Shown: positions 28,458 to 32,000 of the stretch, piece by piece
Numbering within the stretch: position 1 is the stretch's first letter
How the letters are laid out: every line of letters begins with the position of its first letter
Source of the DNA: Stigmatella ashevillensis
Lineage (GTDB): Bacteria > Myxococcota > Myxococcia > Myxococcales > Myxococcaceae
Length of the DNA stretch: 32,000 nt
Reading direction: 5' to 3'
NCBI RefSeq assembly: GCF_028368975.1
Contig: NZ_JAQNDM010000002.1
Span: forward strand, 3,186,425 to 3,218,424
Made by a program: the position numbers and the translations under genes
Notes under the pieces: model-generated
Told to the model about the DNA's origin: nothing
Seen by the model: only the letters and a program-made list of their open reading frames with translations
Databases searched by the model: none

Positions 28458-29255
28458 CTAGACGGCCTTGGCCTCGTTGCGCAGCTTGTCCACCAGCGAC
28501 GCCACGTCCGGCACCTTGATGCCAGCCTTGCGCGGCGGCGGCGAGGACAGCTTCAGCACCTGGATCTTCAGGGCGACATCCACCCCGAGCTTCTGGGGCG
28601 TCAGCTCCTCGATGGGCTTGCTCTTGGCCTTCATGATGCCGGGGAGGCTCGCGTAGCGCGGCATGTTCAGGCGCAGGTCCGTGGTGACGACGGCCGGCAG
28701 CGTGCACTCCAGCGTGGTCAGCCCGTTGTCGACCTCGCGCACCACGCGCACCGTCTTGCCATCGGCGCCCACCTGGAGGGCCGGCGCCTTGTTCTTCTCC
28801 TGCTCACTCTCCAGGGACTCGACCTTGGAGGCAAACGTGGCCTGACCCCAGCCCAGGAACTCGGCCAGGTACTGGCCCACTTGGTTCTGGTCGTCGTCGA
28901 TGGACTGCTTGCCCAGCAGGACGAGGTCCGGCTTCTCCTTCTCCACCACCTTCTGGAGCAGCCCGGCGATGCCCAGCTGATCCAGCGGCCCCACGTGGTT
29001 CACCCACACCGCGCGGTGGGCGCCCATGGCCAGCGCGTGCCGGAGCGACTCCTGCACTTCCTTGGCCCCGATGGAGACAACCACCACCTCACCGCCGTGC
29101 TTGGCGGCCAGACGCAGCCCCTCCTCCACGCCGATCTCATCGAAGGGGTTGATCTTGTACTTCAAGCCCTCTTGCACGATGCCCGAGCCGTCGGGCTTGA
29201 CCTTGATCTTGGACTCGGGATCTTCCACGCGCTTGGCGGTGACGAGGATCTTCAC
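28458..29255 (-). CDS. etfB: Electron transfer flavoprotein beta subunit
   Basis: MKILVTAKRVEDPESKIKV...NPFDEIGVEEGLRL...VVSIG...LLGKQSIDDDQNQVGQYLAEFLGWGQATFASKV...VVTTDLRLNMPRYASLPGIMKAKSKPIEEL. Confidence 0.97.
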   Translation of the reverse strand: MKILVTAKRVEDPESKIKVKPDGSGIVQEGLKYKINPFDEIGVEEGLRLAAKHGGEVVVVSIGAKEVQESLRHALAMGAHRAVWVNHVGPLDQLGIAGLLQKVVEKEKPDLVLLGKQSIDDDQNQVGQYLAEFLGWGQATFASKVESLESEQEKNKAPALQVGADGKTVRVVREVDNGLTTLECTLPAVVTTDLRLNMPRYASLPGIMKAKSKPIEELTPQKLGVDVALKIQVLKLSSPPPRKAGIKVPDVASLVDKLRNEAKAV

Positions 29256-29374
29256 GGGGTCCCTCTCCTGTGGGGTGGCCTCTTGATTGGTGAATCAATA
29301 AGAGCGGGCAGGAGTAATAGGCCCCACGTCCCGCGCCGGCAATGGGAAACGACGCGGAACAGGGATTAACTTTT

Positions 29375-30511
29375 CTACTTGAACAATTCCCTCGCGATGA
29401 CGAGCCGCTGCACCTGACTGGTGCCCTCGTAGATCTGGATGAGCTTGGCGTCGCGCATCAGCTTCTCGACGGGGTATTCCTTGATGTAGCCGTAACCGCC
29501 GTAAACCTGGACGGCATCGGTGGTCACCTTCATGGCCATGTCGGCGGCGAAGCACTTGGCGTAGCTGGAGATGAGGGTGTTCTTCTGGCCCTCGTCCAGC
29601 AGCAGCGCGCTCTGGTAGGTGAGCAGGCGGGCGGCCTGAATGTTCATGCCCATGTCGGCGAGCATGAACTGGACGCCCTGATGCTCGCGGATGGCCTTGC
29701 CGAAGGTGCGGCGCTGGGAGCTGTACTCGAGGCTGTGCTCGAGGGCGGCGCGGGCAATGCCCACGGAGAACATGGCCGTCAGCGGACGGCTGTTGTCCAG
29801 CGTCTCCATGGCGATGAGGAAACCCTGGCCCTCTTCGCCGATGCGGTTTTCCACCGGAACGCGCACGTCCTCGAACGTGAGGGTGACGGTGTTGCTGGCG
29901 CGCTGGCCCATCTTGTTCTCGTGCTTGCCAATGGTGAGCCCCGGCGGCTGGCCCTCCACCACGAAGCAGCTGATGCCCTTGTGCTTCCGGTCTTTGTCCA
30001 CCGTGGCGAAGACCGTGTACTGCTCCGCGTAGGTGCCGTTGGTGATGAAGCACTTGGAGCCGTTGAGGACGTAGTGGTCGCCATCAAGACGGGCCGTGGT
30101 GGACAGGCCCGCCACGTCCGAGCCAGCCCCCGGCTCGGTGAGACAGAACGAGGCGAACTTCAGCTTCTCGGTGAAGGGCGTCAAAAGCCGCCGCTTCTGA
30201 TCCGGGGTGCCCGCCAGGATGATGGGCAGGTTCGCCAGATCATTGGCCACGATGGTGGTGGCCACCGAGGCATCGCCCCAGCTCAGCTCCTCGCACACGA
30301 TGACCTGCTCGAGGTGGGACAGCCCCAGGCCGTTGTACTCCTGGGGAATGGCCATGTTGATGAGCCCCAGCTCGTGCGCGGTGGCGATCAGCGCCTTGGG
30401 AAACTCGGCCGTCTCGTCGTGGTGGGCGGACTTGGGACGCACCACCTCGCGGGCGTACTTGCGGGCGGTCTCCTGGAGTGCGCGTTGAGAGTCGGAGAGC
30501 TGGAAGTCCAT
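29375..30511 (-). CDS. Acyl-CoA dehydrogenase
   Basis: MDFQLSDSQRALQETARKYAREVVRP..., FCLTEPGAGSDVAGLSTTARLDGDHYVLNGSKCFITNG, YSSQRRTFGKAI, DAVQVYGGYGYIKEYPVEKLMRDAKLIQIYEGTSQVQRLVIAR. Confidence 0.97.
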   Translation of the reverse strand: MDFQLSDSQRALQETARKYAREVVRPKSAHHDETAEFPKALIATAHELGLINMAIPQEYNGLGLSHLEQVIVCEELSWGDASVATTIVANDLANLPIILAGTPDQKRRLLTPFTEKLKFASFCLTEPGAGSDVAGLSTTARLDGDHYVLNGSKCFITNGTYAEQYTVFATVDKDRKHKGISCFVVEGQPPGLTIGKHENKMGQRASNTVTLTFEDVRVPVENRIGEEGQGFLIAMETLDNSRPLTAMFSVGIARAALEHSLEYSSQRRTFGKAIREHQGVQFMLADMGMNIQAARLLTYQSALLLDEGQKNTLISSYAKCFAADMAMKVTTDAVQVYGGYGYIKEYPVEKLMRDAKLIQIYEGTSQVQRLVIARELFK

Positions 30512-30618
30512 GCGTTCCTCGTGATTCGAGAGCGGAAGGAATGTTGCTGTTTTGACGAAGGGTGAAGAGTCGCAATACTGTTCGAACCCCCACGTTTTTC
30601 ATCAGGAGTTCACCCTTA

Positions 30619-32000
30619 ATGCAACGTTCTATTTTTTCCGCGGGCGCCTGCCTGGTGCTCGCGCTGGCGATAGGTGTCGCCTGTGGTGGAGATGACGGAG
30701 GAGACAAGGAGCCCGAGGACAACGTGAGCCTCCGCGCCGCCCCCACGCGCATCTCGGATCAGGGGGAGAGCTCCACCCTCACCGTGACGGCCGAGTCCGC
30801 CGACGGCTCCGACGGCACGGGTGAGGTCACCCTCACGGCGGCGGCCGGCCTGCTGGGCAATGGCGAAAAGGAAGAAACGCTGTCGCTCGCGGATGGCAAG
30901 GCGACCACGACGTTCACCTGTGCCAAGGCCTCGGACGCGAAGTGCACGGGCAACGTGCGCATCACGGCGGAGTGGAAGGACGCCACCGCCAGCGTCACGG
31001 TGGTGATCTCTGGGCCGGATGGCGGCACGGATGGCGGTACCGACGGCGGCACGGATGGTGGCACCGACGGCGGCACGGATGGTGGCACCGGCACCACGCT
31101 GGGCGATTACGTCGTGAACCTGTCGACGGGCAAGGCCCTGCTGATTGCGAAGACGGGCGACCAGACCCCGGTCACCCTCTCCGTGGCCCGCAAGAACGGC
31201 GGCGATCCCGCTCCCGGGCAGGAAGTCACCTTCACGACCACGCGGGGCTCCTTCGCCCCCTCTGCGGGAACCACCAGCATCAAGGTGACCACCAACACCT
31301 CGGGCATCGCCTCGACGCCCCTCTATGCCGCCAACATGGATCCCGGCTCCGCAGAGATCACTGCGGCGCTGACTGGGGTCAATGGGAGCGTCAAGACGAC
31401 CATCGCCTTCACGGCGATCTCCACCCTGGTGTACGACGCCACCAACAAGGCCACCAAGGCCCTGATCGGCATCGAGTCCTCGGGCCGGGATACGACGACG
31501 CCCCTCTTCTTCAAGATCACCGATTCCGCCCAGAAGCCCGTGCCCGGCGTCGAGTTGACCTTCACCGTCTCTGGAGCAGCGCAAGCCAACGTCACCGACA
31601 AGGCCGTGACCAACGGGGACGGCATCGCCTCCACCACGCTGCGCGCGGGCAACACGGTGGGTGTCGCCATCGTCAAGGCGACCGTCACCGCCACGATTGG
31701 CTCGACGCCCGAGCTGAGCGTCTCCCACCCGGGAACGCCCATCGTGGGTGGCAAGCCCTCGGACCGAGGCCTGTTGGTGGACTGCGTCCGGAAGAACCTG
31801 GGCGCGCTGCACGCCACCCCTCCTCCCAGGGCCCTCAGCACCAACTGCACGGCCTCGTTGTCGGACCGCTTCGGCAATCCCATCGGCCTGACCACCACCG
31901 TGCAGTGGTACCCGGAGGCAGGGAAGATCACCAGCCCAGTCGATTCCAGGCCCCAGGCGGGCACCACGCCGTCCGCGGAGACGGGCGTGGCCACCACCGT
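30619..32000 (+). CDS. Lipoprotein with bacterial Ig-like (invasin/Big_1-type) domains, truncated at window edge
   Basis: Open + frame from ATG 30619 to the edge: MQRSIFSAGACLVLALAIGVACGGDDGGDKEPEDNVSLRAAPTRISDQGESSTLTVTAES... with a GGTD linker and repeated Ig-like segments. Absent from the track because no stop in window. Confidence 0.85.
   Translation, partial: MQRSIFSAGACLVLALAIGVACGGDDGGDKEPEDNVSLRAAPTRISDQGESSTLTVTAESADGSDGTGEVTLTAAAGLLGNGEKEETLSLADGKATTTFTCAKASDAKCTGNVRITAEWKDATASVTVVISGPDGGTDGGTDGGTDGGTDGGTDGGTGTTLGDYVVNLSTGKALLIAKTGDQTPVTLSVARKNGGDPAPGQEVTFTTTRGSFAPSAGTTSIKVTTNTSGIASTPLYAANMDPGSAEITAALTGVNGSVKTTIAFTAISTLVYDATNKATKALIGIESSGRDTTTPLFFKITDSAQKPVPGVELTFTVSGAAQANVTDKAVTNGDGIASTTLRAGNTVGVAIVKATVTATIGSTPELSVSHPGTPIVGGKPSDRGLLVDCVRKNLGALHATPPPRALSTNCTASLSDRFGNPIGLTTTVQWYPEAGKITSPVDSRPQAGTTPSAETGVATT
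31021..31092 (+). repeat. In-frame 12-bp tandem repeat (GGCGGCACGGAT-like), 6 copies, encoding (GGTD)n linker
   Basis: GGCGGCACGGAT GGCGGTACCGAC GGCGGCACGGAT GGTGGCACCGAC GGCGGCACGGAT GGTGGCACCGGC; a 24-bp higher-order period is visible. Confidence 0.9.

Noticed and set aside
27288-29369. 693-aa plus-strand ORF opposite EtfA/EtfB
   Set aside because: Antisense shadow of two clearly identified genes; no domain signature.
1-32000. CRISPR arrays, tRNA/rRNA genes, IS elements, prophage genes
   Set aside because: Looked for regularly spaced direct repeats, conserved tRNA/rRNA sequence, and transposase or integrase motifs; none seen.

Overview
GC-rich window with the codon bias and gene density of a myxobacterium (Cystobacterineae/Stigmatella-like; taxon is inference). 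Most of it is ordinary chromosomal content: partial chemotaxis transducer, HDAC-like deacetylase, response regulator, GAF histidine kinase, SDR, Ser/Thr kinase plus small lipoprotein, PBP1A, RluA-type pseudouridine synthase, pentapeptide-repeat protein, MOSC and metallo-beta-lactamase-fold proteins, Coa1-family protein, EtfA/EtfB, acyl-CoA dehydrogenase, and a partial Ig-like lipoprotein. The most notable region is a compact minus-strand operon at about 17.5-26.55 kb. Its order is: PqqD-like (RRE) protein; giant (~1934 aa) surface lipoprotein of Ig-like modules plus seven FG-GAP-like blades; 45-aa RiPP-precursor-like peptide (MATTVQPVKAEKKKAYAPPQVRSERILVPDLFTPSCIIDPETGAC); HPr-kinase-like P-loop protein; S24/S26-peptidase-like domain fused to a GNAT acetyltransferase; EamA-type exporter. 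Junctions overlap or lie within tens of nucleotides, and no canonical RiPP cyclase, radical SAM, YcaO or lanthipeptide enzyme is present. This is my candidate for an undescribed peptide-modification system. A second, smaller point of interest is a three-gene cassette at 8.76-10.56 kb that includes a retropepsin-like (DTGA) protein.
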